The notes beneath the pieces were generated by a model. It did no database searches. It was not told the DNA's origin and worked only from the letters and a program-made list of their open reading frames with translations. The position numbers were made by a program, and so were the translations under genes. DNA of 63,898 nucleotides, filler included, from Folioceros fuciformis (taxonomy: Eukaryota), in assembly GCA_049999805.1 (NCBI GenBank). It is 8 parts of 8 records of this genome, joined end to end, with 100 filler letters (N's around TTAATTAATTAA, not from the genome) between each part and the next. Parts side by side here need not be neighbours in the genome. Positions count along the whole stretch, not along the records: positions 48,729 to 61,217 come from JBNGIO010003477.1; 7 more parts are not named here. The stretch is one strand, 5' to 3'. Below, piece after piece: positions 51,075 to 61,217 of the stretch. The number at the start of each line of letters is the position of its first letter. Position 1 is the stretch's first letter.

Positions 51075-54041
51075 TCAATGACGATCCCCACACGAGCAGG
51101 ACCCATCCACAAATCGATGCACACGATGAGCGTCTCTCACAACGATGTCTCGTTTCTCAAGGCGTGACATGATCTTGGTGCTGCGGTGGCAGTCATCGCA
51201 CATGCGCAGATTTTTGGTCACCAGCAAAGTGGCACCATCCGGTGTGTGCAACAGGCCATAGGCCAGTGCCAGCTTCTCCGCGTGCCCACACAAGGCATCC
51301 TCCTTCTCCTGCTCGGACACCGCCTTGAGAACCAAGTGAGTTTGCGGCACATGCCCTCCTTCCGCCTTCAACCTGTAGGACAAGCTCCTCAACTTGGGAG
51401 AGATATCAGCCCTCTCCTCTCCCACGGTGAACTCGTGCACCTCATTCCTCACTTCGATACATGCCTTGGCAGGCTTCTTCACTGCACCTGCTGACTTTCT
51501 CAAGCTCTCTATCCTGTCCACTTCTACCCACCTGCCTACATCCGCATAAATGCTCCCCAACAGCACGTAGGGGCTGGCATCCTCAGGTGCAAACCTCACG
51601 AGATGGTCGAAGCAGCGTCGCCCACGCTCAACATCTCCGTAGCTTTTGCAAGCACTAAGGAGAGCTGTCCAGCCCACAACATCGTTCACGAATGACGACG
51701 TTCTCAACAAGTGTTCGGCCTCGTCCAGTTGGCCCGACCGTCCGAGCAGATCCACCATGCAACTCAGGGGATAGTCGGAGGGCACAATCCCATAGTCCTC
51801 CATCATCCTGAAATAGCGGCGGCCCTCATGCACCAGGCCTGCATGACTGCACGCCACCAAGAGACAAATAAAGGTGGTCTCATCCGGCTCAACGCCTTCC
51901 TGCAACATGTGCTGAAAGCAGCGGATGGCCATGTCCACATCGCTGTGCTCGGCGTAGCCGTTAAGGAGAGCATTCCATGTCACCACATTTCTTGCGGGCA
52001 AGCTGTCGAAGAGGTTACGGGCATCCTCCATGCTCCCGCATTTGGCATACATGTTGAGCAGGCTGTTGCCGATGAACGCGTGAGCATGCAGACCCCTATC
52101 CCGAATCTCACGGTGGAGCTGCCTCCCCTGCTGCAGGGCTCCTACACCGGCGCACGCTTGGAGAAGGCCCAAAAAGGTGACATGGTTGGGCGGGGTGGAA
52201 CGGTTGCCCTCCTGTCGCTGCATGCTGGCATACAGTGTCAGGGCTTCCTGGCCCAGTCCCTGCTGAGCATACCCTGAGATCATGGCATTCCAAGTCACCA
52301 CATCTCTGGCGGGCAAGGTGTCAAACACCTTGCGGGCGCTCGCCAGGCTCCCGCACTTGGCATACATGGTCACCAAACTGTTGCCGANNNNNNNNNNCGC
52401 CAGGCTCCCGCACTTGGCATACATGGTCACCAAACTGTTGCCGATGGGTGCATCACCTTCCAAGCCTCGGTCACGAACTAGGCTGTGAAGCTGCTTCCCC
52501 TGCTGCAAGCCCAGGGCTCCCCCCACACTCGCACACGCCTGCAGAAGGCACACAAACGTGACACGATCTGCTACTGCTCCTGCACCTCCTGCTGCCCCCG
52601 GGGTGATGCCTCCACCCTCCTCCTGTAGCAGCATGGCCCTGTAACAAGCAAGGGCTTGCTGGCCCATGCCCTGCTGGGAGTAGCCTGCGATGAGGGCTGT
52701 CCAGGTAACCACATCCTTGTGACTCAGTGCATCGAATACGCTTCTAGCGTCCTCCAAGCTGCCGCACTTGGCATACATGTTCACCAGACTGCTGCCCACA
52801 AACGCATCCATTTGGAACCCGCAATGCCTGATGTGTGCATGAAGCTGCTTCCCCTTTTCCAATGCCACGGCCCCCACACCTGCACAAGCCTGCAGAAGGC
52901 ACACGAAGGTGGCAGCATTGGGTGCCTGCTGCTCCTGCATCATGGCAGTGTGGAGACGCAGCGCTTCCTCGCCCATGCCCTGCTCCACATATCCTGCCAT
53001 GAGAGAGGTCCAGGTCACCACGTTCTTTCGCTCCCGATCCAGCCCGTCGAACACTCTTCGAGCGTCCTGCAAGCTGCCACACTTGGCGTACATACTCACC
53101 AGGCAGCTACAAACGAACACATCAGGCTCCAGACCCGATGCCAGGACGTGGGCGTGCACCAGCTGGCCCGTCCTGAGGTCCGCTCCCTTGGTGCACGCCT
53201 GGAGGGCTGCCGCAAACACATGCCCATCCGGCTCCGCCCTGGACTCCCTGTGCATCTCATGATAGAGCTGCAAGGCCTCCTTATCCCGCCCCTGCTTCAC
53301 ATGCGCCTGGATGACGGCAGACCAGGTGAAGGCATCCGGCTGGGGAAGCGCTGCAAACACATCCATGGCCTCTTGCAGCCTGGCGTGGGCCACATACATG
53401 CGCATGATGTGGTTGCACAGGAAGGTGTCCGATTCGTATCCACATCTCACCGCCAGCGCATGTACACAGCGACCCAGGACCAGATCCCTGTCCGCCACGC
53501 ATCGTCTGAGGGCAGAATAGAGACGGGAGTAGCAAGAAGAGTGCGGGTGCGGGAGCACAAGCCCCCAGAGCGCCCCCACGGGCTCACGCTCACTCAGCTG
53601 ACCCTGCTCACATACCCTGCCCACGACCCTTTGCCTTTGGCTTTCCCATACCCATTCCCCTTGGATGTTGCATCCTTCGTCCGGGACGCTCCAGGTGCTA
53701 GCTGGTTGTGCCTGTGGTACCTGTAGTTCTGGTGTGTGCCAGTGGTACGGTTTAGGGTAGTGGTCCAGCCCCAGGAGCTCCTCATCCTGCCCCTGAAATT
53801 TTTGCAAAGGGACAACCTCTCTACTTCTTCTTCCCGTTCTTGGAGCTGGAGCTAGGGCTGATGGCCTGGTTGCTGCCAGGCTGCTGCCGCGCCTTGACCA
53901 CCACCTGAACCTGCACCTGTACAAAGAGAGGAGGAGGAGGCTGCTCCTCTTACTCGCTCCCTTGTCGACGCACAGCGCAGCAGCAACAGCAGCAGCAGCA
54001 GCCATGCCATTGCTCACATATTTCGTCGCCACCACGATCAT
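51075..54041 (-). CDS. PLS-class pentatricopeptide-repeat RNA-editing factor with E1/E2 and a DYW:KP (DRH-terminal) deaminase-like domain, intronless
   Basis: Transit-peptide-like N-terminus and ~17 L/S/P motifs ending P2-L2-S2. KKPAKACIEV replaces the PG box, followed by HAEKLALAYGL, KNLRMCDDCH and terminal CSCGDRH. Confidence 0.95.
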   Translation of the reverse strand: MIVVATKYVSNGMAAAAAVAAALCVDKGASKRSSLLLLSLYRCRFRWWSRRGSSLAATRPSALAPAPRTGRRSREVVPLQKFQGQDEELLGLDHYPKPYHWHTPELQVPQAQPASTWSVPDEGCNIQGEWVWESQRQRVVGRVCEQGQLSEREPVGALWGLVLPHPHSSCYSRLYSALRRCVADRDLVLGRCVHALAVRCGYESDTFLCNHIMRMYVAHARLQEAMDVFAALPQPDAFTWSAVIQAHVKQGRDKEALQLYHEMHRESRAEPDGHVFAAALQACTKGADLRTGQLVHAHVLASGLEPDVFVCSCLVSMYAKCGSLQDARRVFDGLDRERKNVVTWTSLMAGYVEQGMGEEALRLHTAMMQEQQAPNAATFVCLLQACAGVGAVALEKGKQLHAHIRHCGFQMDAFVGSSLVNMYAKCGSLEDARSVFDALSHKDVVTWTALIAGYSQQGMGQQALACYRAMLLQEEGGGITPGAAGGAGAVADRVTFVCLLQACASVGGALGLQQGKQLHSLVRDRGLEGDAPIGNSLVTMYAKCGSLAXXXXGNSLVTMYAKCGSLASARKVFDTLPARDVVTWNAMISGYAQQGLGQEALTLYASMQRQEGNRSTPPNHVTFLGLLQACAGVGALQQGRQLHREIRDRGLHAHAFIGNSLLNMYAKCGSMEDARNLFDSLPARNVVTWNALLNGYAEHSDVDMAIRCFQHMLQEGVEPDETTFICLLVACSHAGLVHEGRRYFRMMEDYGIVPSDYPLSCMVDLLGRSGQLDEAEHLLRTSSFVNDVVGWTALLSACKSYGDVERGRRCFDHLVRFAPEDASPYVLLGSIYADVGRWVEVDRIESLRKSAGAVKKPAKACIEVRNEVHEFTVGEERADISPKLRSLSYRLKAEGGHVPQTHLVLKAVSEQEKEDALCGHAEKLALAYGLLHTPDGATLLVTKNLRMCDDCHRSTKIMSRLEKRDIVVRDAHRVHRFVDGSCSCGDRH

Positions 54042-54532
54042 ACAGAAACAACCTCCCCCCCCCTCCCTCTGGGAGAGACAGGCCTACTGAATCTCCAACC
54101 CCAACCCAACTCTACCTTCCACGTTCCACTTTGCATATACATGTGGTATGTACGTTCTTTGGATATGCAAACAGTAAAGGAGTAAATATGGGTAGTTACG
54201 GTCCTTCCTGGTTCAGTACTTATGGTATATGTCCCATTGCTTTTAAGAGTTCAAGTCTGGAAGTTCAAAACCATACGCAAGTATGAAAGTTTTAAAAACA
54301 AACAAGTTATCCACATGTTTCTTCAACCTCCAACTTTGATGACGATGGCGCCCACCCTAGTTGTGCAAGGCGGTTCTTCATCCAGGAGAATCATCTCCTC
54401 AACATACCTACCTTTAAATGCATCCAAGCATTTTGACACCCACCAATGGACCTATAGATATGGTCTTTTACAATTTAAGTCAACTAACAGCACCTTCGCC
54501 AACCAAAATGGTCTATTGCCCTCGTAAGTCTC

Positions 54533-54707
54533 ACAAGGAACAACTATCATTTGAAGTGCCTCTATTTCCGACATGTCAAGGAACAACTATCATTTGAACT
54601 GCCTCTATTTCTGACATGTCAAGGAACAACTATCATTTGAACTACCTCTATTTCCGACATGTCAAGGAACAACTATCATTTGAACTGCCTCTATTTCCGA
54701 CATGTCA
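54533..54707. repeat. 43-bp tandem repeat x4
   Basis: CAAGGAACAACTATCATTTGAACTGCCTCTATTTCCGACATGT units start at 54534, 54577, 54620 and 54663. Confidence 0.9.
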
Positions 54708-54971
54708 CCATTCGCATTCTCTGCATCCTCCCATCGGGTAGCATCTTTCCTGTACAGTCCCACATACAGATTACAGCATGTGACTTCCCTCATTCTCATA
54801 TTGATGACAACTTCAGTTTCTAGAACAAGGTGTAGTCTATGCAATGCTTCAGCCCACTCATGATTGTACCACTCCCATGCAATGCTTCAGCCCACTCATG
54901 ACTGTACCACTCCCACGGAATTCTACCACTCCCTCACAGCCCTCATGGGAGGGGAATCTGTCAATTTGTTA

Positions 54972-54996
54972 GTTTAGGGTTTAGGGTTTAGGGTTT
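54972..54996 (+). repeat. Short interstitial plant telomere-type repeat (TTTAGGG)3
   Basis: GTTTAGGGTTTAGGGTTTAGGGTTT. Confidence 0.6.
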
Positions 54997-55059
54997 ATGG
55001 CATTAGACCCCAGTTGACGAGATTGTGCTGCAGGATCCATTTGCGTGCAATCAAGGGCA

Positions 55060-55640
55060 TGTCGCGCCACGTAGGCCGCATAGCTATCATAATGAGTTTC
55101 GAACTGACTGACCTCAGCAGTGCTGATAACCTCCCAATTGACGACTTGTCCACGACCTTCCTAACTTATTCTAATGTCCACATCATATTGGAAAAAGTTC
55201 CAATCTCAATTGCCAAATGTCTCCTTCAGGCCTTTGCCAATTCCCGGATTGCTGCCTTTGGAAGGGACCTCACCTAGCCATGCTCACTTACGAACATCGA
55301 GCAGTCCGGCTATCAGGGTAGGGCTGCTACTCTTTATCTTAATAGCGCTGACTTAACATTAATGGTAGTTATCCATGAATCACACCTTCGTCAGACCTCT
55401 CAGGATCCTCGTCTTACTTTTATATTATTTAATCCTCGTAGGCTTATAAGAATATACATGTATGTGAGTCTATAAAACTACAACCTACATGCCACATTAT
55501 GACAGTTGCCGCACCACGTAGGCTGCATAGCTATCATAATGAGTTTTGAACTGAATGACCTCAGCAAAGATGATGACCTGCCAATTGATGACTTGTCCAC
55601 AACCTTCCTAACTTATTCTAACGTCCGCGTCATATTAACC
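55060..55640. repeat. ~130-bp dispersed direct repeat (about 55060-55190 and 55505-55637)
   Basis: CCACGTAGGC.GCATAGCTATCATAATGAGTTT.GAACTGA.TGACCTCAGCA..ACCTTCCTAACTTATTCTAA occurs twice. Confidence 0.8.
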
Positions 55641-55708
55641 CCCCTGCCCAGAGTCAAGGTGTGCGATGACAATTCGCATATCATACTATGAGCACAAAAC
55701 TCGTACAA

Positions 55709-56640
55709 CTACATATCTATGTTACCAACTACCCATCCATCTCCTATAAAAATTCCTAGTATGGAGGAGCGAGTTGGGTTGATCCTTTCCTCATATGCAT
55801 TGCTCTCCTCGTCCTCCGACTCAGACTCCATCTTGTATCCATAGGTTGAGTGCTTCGCTTGCCCATATGGCGTTTCACATTCCTCCACTTTCTCTGTCTT
55901 TATGGAAGCAGTTCCAACAGTTGCTTGGGCACTTCGTGCCTCCAAACACTCTTGACACAATCATTGCAGCTCCTGAAACTGCATTCTAGTCTTGTTTGTT
56001 GAGTCCGGCTTGCCCACCCTCAAAACCTGAATTATAGCATAATACTGCCTAGGCCAACCTAGCATGTACCTGCCTGCATGATACTCATGGAAGTGAGCAA
56101 ACCATTTTTTGAGACTTCTCATGCTTCGAGGATACTCTGACTGACCATAAGTCACAAACGTTTCCAAAGGAACATGATCAAAAACTTGGTGAAAGAACAT
56201 ATGGTTCTCTAGCTTCCTATAGGCCCCTTCACAATAGGTGGTCCACACCCATGGCAAGCTCTTATAACCCCTACGTTGAAGCTCAAACAAATCCCTATGG
56301 TTAGTTGGGTAATACTCAATGGGGCACAGAAAATGATGCCCTTCAACGAACCGCAGGAATTTGTTGAGTTCTACATAGGTGGTGGGCACCATGGGTTTGT
56401 TCGGGTAATACTTCCTCACAAACTCCTATGTCCATTTTTCAGTGTCTTTGTTGTCTAAAAATTGGGGCCTACAAACATAGGGTGGTTTGGGCGGGTTTAC
56501 CTTTCCGCAACACAGACAGCGTCCCCTACGAGTATTGCTATGTGGTAGGATTTCTAGGTCTTCACCTTTGGGTCCGATTTGTCGGTGAAGATGGCTCTTA
56601 TCCCCCATGTTCCTCCTCGACTGGCTGACTAATCAATTCC
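55709..56640 (-). pseudogene. Frameshifted extra ORF downstream of the integrase-PHD region (retroelement-associated, unknown function)
   Basis: Three consecutive same-strand ORFs (56608-56426, 56419-55961, 55960-55709) with aromatic-rich and CxxC-like segments. Confidence 0.4.
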
Positions 56641-57055
56641 GTACGCTCCTTCTCCTATAGCAGCGCTTCAGTTACTCTAGCAAGTGTCCTATTTCAATCA
56701 TCGCCAACACTCAATGTTCTCACCTCACTACTCTAGTAATATCATATCTTTGCAACTTAGGGACCTTTCAACCTAAAGCGCCCGTGGCAGCCCACTCCAC
56801 CTGCATGCGCTACTACCTCCGGGTTGCGTCTTCAACCTTGCGCCGTATGCAGGTGAGTCGCCCTCACCGTCACTCCTTGGCCAACTGCTGCTTGCCATTG
56901 CCTAGAAGGCCTCTTTCCTTTAACTTGTCAACCTTTAACACCCCGATCACTCTCCAGTGCTATTATGAACGTGTTTAATCACCTTAAACTTCATTATTTG
57001 TTAATGGCATTTATGGACATGCATACTAACCCGGGTGTCTATTTGTCATCTATTA

Positions 57056-58451
57056 TCATGCGCCCTTTGTCATGACACTAGTCGTGATTTTATTCTTGCT
57101 GCACAACGGGCAGATCCAGCCCCCTTTGGGTATCTCCTGTAATGGTGCCTCCAGGCAGTGCATGTGGAATTCTTGGTTACACTTGTCACATAGAAGCATG
57201 TTGTTCTCATCTTCAACTCTACCGCATTGTTCGCATGGCAAATCAGCAGGTGGCTTCCAACCTTGTTGCTGGATCCTGGTGTCAAGATTGGGTAGGTGAC
57301 AAGGAGGAAAATGCTTTATATGCACCTTGCATCATCGCCCATCCTGCCCCTCTAATTCCGCCACTCCCTGGTCTCCTACGTTCACTACTCGTAGGATTAG
57401 CCTATCGACGTTCACCTCCAGTGTGCTCACCGACGTGTGTTGCAGATACACAAAGTCTCCTTGCTCAAATTTCTAAGCCTTAGGCTTCCAAGAGCCGCCC
57501 CTCGTAAAAGCATACCATTGCTGATCCCTATGTTGGGCTATGACTAAATTCTCCATGGCCATAGGCAGTCCTCTGCGAAGTGTCTCCGCTCGACTACTCA
57601 GCTTCTACAAGCACTCTTATGGGTCTTGGGCCCAGTCCACAACCATAGAGTACCTGTTTGCAACAATGTTTGGTAGCACGGCATTCCTACCAAACATTAT
57701 ATAGTATAGGCTAAACTTGCCAAGGGCAGCCTGGACACTCACCCGATATCCCAAAGCTACATATGGCACCAATTCGTCCTAGCATTTTGGCTGCACCTCA
57801 ATACAATATTTTCTAAGCGAACTCTTTAATGTTTGCACCAATCTCTCTGCCAACCCATCAACTTGAGGATGATCTCATGACGTGATGTGATGATCAATGA
57901 GACTCTTGTCTAGTAACTCCTGGAATTCTCCCTGGAATTCGTTACCTTGATCTGTCAACACTTCGCACAGCTTCCAAATCTGCTTAGCACACATTGCAAG
58001 AAAGCTCTAGCAGTGTATTGTGATGTCATGGCTGGTAGGAATGCCACCTCCACCCACTTCGAAAAGTGCTCAATCATGAGCATGCAATGTTTGTTGCCTT
58101 GTTTTGTTTGGGGTAATCCTGGCATTCAATCAATTGACCAATGGAAAAACAAACGTTGTATCGGCAAGGAATGCAGCACTGGGTCTTGGCTGTTAAATCG
58201 TGCCTTGATCGCGCCCCTTGCTGCACACTTGGCCACCATCTTCTCCACATCTACATACATGCCTATTCAGAAATACATGTTTTTTAGCATATGGTGCGTT
58301 TGCTTGACACCAAAGTGCCCCAACGTTTGGTGAGTCTTGAGTGCGATCACTTCATGTTCCTCGATGGGGGGAACTTCCTTGGTTATGTTCTGATTAGTTA
58401 CCCACAATTTGTCATCCTTCCAGTGATATCGTGCCATGACAAGAGTCTTCA
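57056..58451 (-). mobile_element. Degenerate Ty3/gypsy integrase (HHCC zinc finger plus DDE core) followed by a C-terminal PHD finger
   Basis: THQTLGHFGVKQT..KC, WSID..IEHFSKWVEVAFLP, DQGNEFQGEF and HPQVDGLAERLVQTLK, with stop codons and frameshifts. Then CEQCGRVEDENNMLLCDKCNQEFHMHCLEAPLQEIPKGGWICPLC (C4HC3). Confidence 0.85.
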
Positions 58452-58660
58452 TGTATGCTGTGAGCGCAGTAGAGGTGTAGCACTAGCGACACAACAAGTA
58501 GACTTAGACTTAATAAATATGTATGTTCCAAAAATGTGTATTATATGTCAGTTGGGGTTGGTGCCCCTTCACTCTATAAGTGTAAGTGGACACGAAACGC
58601 TATGTACTTATGTATATAAATAATCATCGATTACTTATCCTAACACACCCCCTTAAGGAC
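58452..58660 (-). mobile_element. Probable short 3' LTR (~194 bp, TGTTAGG...ATACA) preceded by a polypurine tract, inserted into the integrase
   Basis: The minus strand reads TTAAGGGGGTG|TGTTAGG, contains a TATA-like AT-rich stretch, and ends in CA where integrase homology begins. Confidence 0.45.
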
Positions 58661-59015
58661 ATAGCTATTTCGTAAAGCCATTGTACCACAGCGCTCACAA
58701 TTCGCAGTTGGGAGCCTAAGCACAGAACTGCAAATTGGCAATGGAACTGGGAGACGTATTGTTGTTGCAGGGCGAGTGATGAAGCACCAAAAGCATAGTG
58801 GCAGAGGCAAGACATGTCTAGCTGCCAGCATAAAAATCAGTGCAACAGACGCAGCGACCAGATAGCAAGCTGAAGCTTCATCCGCGGCAACATGTTGTCA
58901 GAGCTAAAGAAAGCATCTCCAGACATGAAGAACCCTAACGTGAAAGGGAAGGGGAAGGAGACACACTGAGATGATCTACCAATCCCATTTGTTCTAGATG
59001 AAAGGTATGCTTAGG

Positions 59016-61217
59016 TGTGGAGTGGTTTCCTGCACCCAAGAACCACCAAAGGGCCACACTTTCCCTTATTGTCGTTGCAGCCTTATGATTCGCTCCCAAG
59101 GGAGTGAACTAGCGTCAAGGAACGCCTACGACTGCTGTGAACTCCACATGCTGAACAGACCCCTGGGAAATGATGGGTTCTCTTTTTTTTTTGGATCTGT
59201 GAGTGAGTGTTGTAGAGGAAAGGTTAGAAGATTCGGTTAGATTAGAGTTAGATTAGAGTTAGGGTTAGGATTAGGTCGGACTTAGGTTTAGGGTTTTGAC
59301 GAGTGGAGGGTTCTGTCTAAGGTGTGCTGACCTGGTTAGGTAGTGACAGGGGTTCCGGGCCAAGGGAGTATAAGAGGTCAGGCCTGTTATTGAGGGGGGA
59401 GGTTTTTTGGTGAGAGCTCCCTTGACCTTGTGTGCAGGCTGCTGGGTTAGAGGGTTAATTCAGTGTGCAGATGCACCTCGGCCTTGATTCCCCATGCCCC
59501 TAGGGGAACATGGCGGCTCCCAAAATTGCTGAGATTTGGGTGGCCAGATCCACAAGGGCTGACATTTCTTGCATGCTAGTTGGGTGGCTGGGGTACCTTG
59601 ACGTCCCTTAGGGGTTTCCAAGGCGACGGATTGCAGGGCTGTGAGCTAAGAAGGCTATGCAGCCTAGGTCTGCACATCCTTGCCTTAAGGACTGCAAGTG
59701 AGGGGCTGTTGTGTTCCAAAATCTAGGAGTGAACCGTGAGGGTGAAGGGATGAAGGGTTGAAAAGCTGAAGTGCTGGAGTAGAGATTTGAAGTGCTGGAG
59801 TGTGGGGCTGGTGCGCTGAGGTGAGGAGCTTAGGTGCTAAAGTTCTCAATCAGCTGCTGAGGTGGCTAGCATTTAGGGCTGAGAGTGGAGGCCAAGACTA
59901 GGGCTGGGACCTCCTCTCAGTTGCTGAGACGGCTGATACTTGGAGCTGTAAGTGAGAGCTAAAGATGATGTTGGAGTTCTCATTCAGCTGGAGCTGTGGT
60001 TGGCGTTCAAGACAAGGCTAAGGATTCTGATCTTTTTTGCTGTAGTGAGGCTAGGGCTAGGAGCCGGCTGATAGATAGGGTTAGATTAGGGTAGTGTGGG
60101 AAGATTGTAGAAAACCTTGACACTAGTTCACTCCCTTGGGAGCGAATCATAGTACTGCAACGATAATAAGGGGATGTGTGGCCCTTTAGTGGTTCTTGGG
60201 TGCAAGAAATCACTCCACATTTTGGCGCCGTTGCCGGGGAGTGACATTGCTGTCAAGGTTTGCAGAGGACTGACCTAGATAGGGGACTGTATAAGGGAAT
60301 GTGGCAGGGTTGATGGATGCCCCGCATAGGAGCTGAAGATTTCAACTCTAGCTTTGAAGGGGGAGCTCAAGCTCAAGCAAGGAGGCAGCAGCAAGTATTG
60401 GAGCGTGAGCAAAGAGCAGTGGAGAGGGAGCTAAGGAGGGCACAGCCAGGGCATACACTAGCGAGGAGGAGGAGAGGGGCAAGCAACCAGCAGATCTTGG
60501 GGGAATCAATCACGTTGGAACAAGATCCTCAACTTTCAGCTATTGGGGGGAAGCCTAATCCGGGGCAACCTAATCCAAGTCAGATCAAGACAGTACAGGA
60601 TCAAGACCTCCTTGGTCTTCATCCTGGACTAGTGCAGGTGATTAGGAGTGCAGGGGCTGAAGGATTCAACAACATCAGCCCAACTCCAGTTGTTGGAGCT
60701 GCTAGATCCGCAGCTGCAGTGGTGAGTGCAGGCACCATGGCGGCCCCAGCTGTTGCAATGTCCACCAAGCAGCTGTACCCCTTGTATGGGGAGAAGAAGG
60801 GGTATAAGGACCCGAATGAATTTGTGGAGAGGTTTGAACAACTCACCCTTGCTAACCAGGAATCAGCGGATGCCCAGCGCATCCAACTGTTCTATGGTGT
60901 ACTGCGTGGAGGGCCTGCCAAGTGGTACAAGAGGGAGTACCTCAAGGCCGGCACATTTCCAGCAACTTTTGATGTGTTGAAGAGGGCCTTTTGTGAGTGG
61001 TTCAGGGGGATAGACGTAGAGAGCTACGTGCTGTCCAAGATGGAGGCCTTGAGGAGGAGGAGGAAGGAGACCTTGCAGCCCAATGTGGAGAGGTTCCACA
61101 ACCTGCGGGATTGCTATGGACCTCATTCAGACTTACAAGCCATTAGGTGGTTTGCTGGAGGCTTAGTGTGAACCTCCAAAGTTTGGGGTAGTAGTTTGTT
61201 TTGGTTGAAAAAGGGTT
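59016..61217 (+). mobile_element. Ty3/gypsy (Athila-like) LTR retrotransposon 5' end: LTR 59016-60219, tRNA-Asp PBS 60223-60240 and gag ORF 60317-61171; cut by the contig end
   Basis: TG...CA ends, a perfect PBS TGGCGCCGTTGCCGGGGA, and retrotransposon gag-like FVERFEQLT..LFYGVLRGGPAKWY..TFDVLKRAFCEWF..ETLQPNVERF. Confidence 0.88.

Noticed and set aside
52341-52445. Duplicated PPR S-motif segment (GNSLVTMYAKCGSLA twice)
   Set aside because: Identical ~47-bp flanks sit on both sides of a 10-N gap, indicating an unmerged contig overlap rather than a real duplication.
52656-53726. 356-aa + strand ORF and other long antisense ORFs over the PPR, ERF and SET genes
   Set aside because: These are shadow ORFs caused by GC-rich codon usage on the opposite coding strand, with no independent motifs.
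54533-54707. CRISPR-like array of 43-bp repeats
   Set aside because: There are no spacers, so this is a simple tandem minisatellite.
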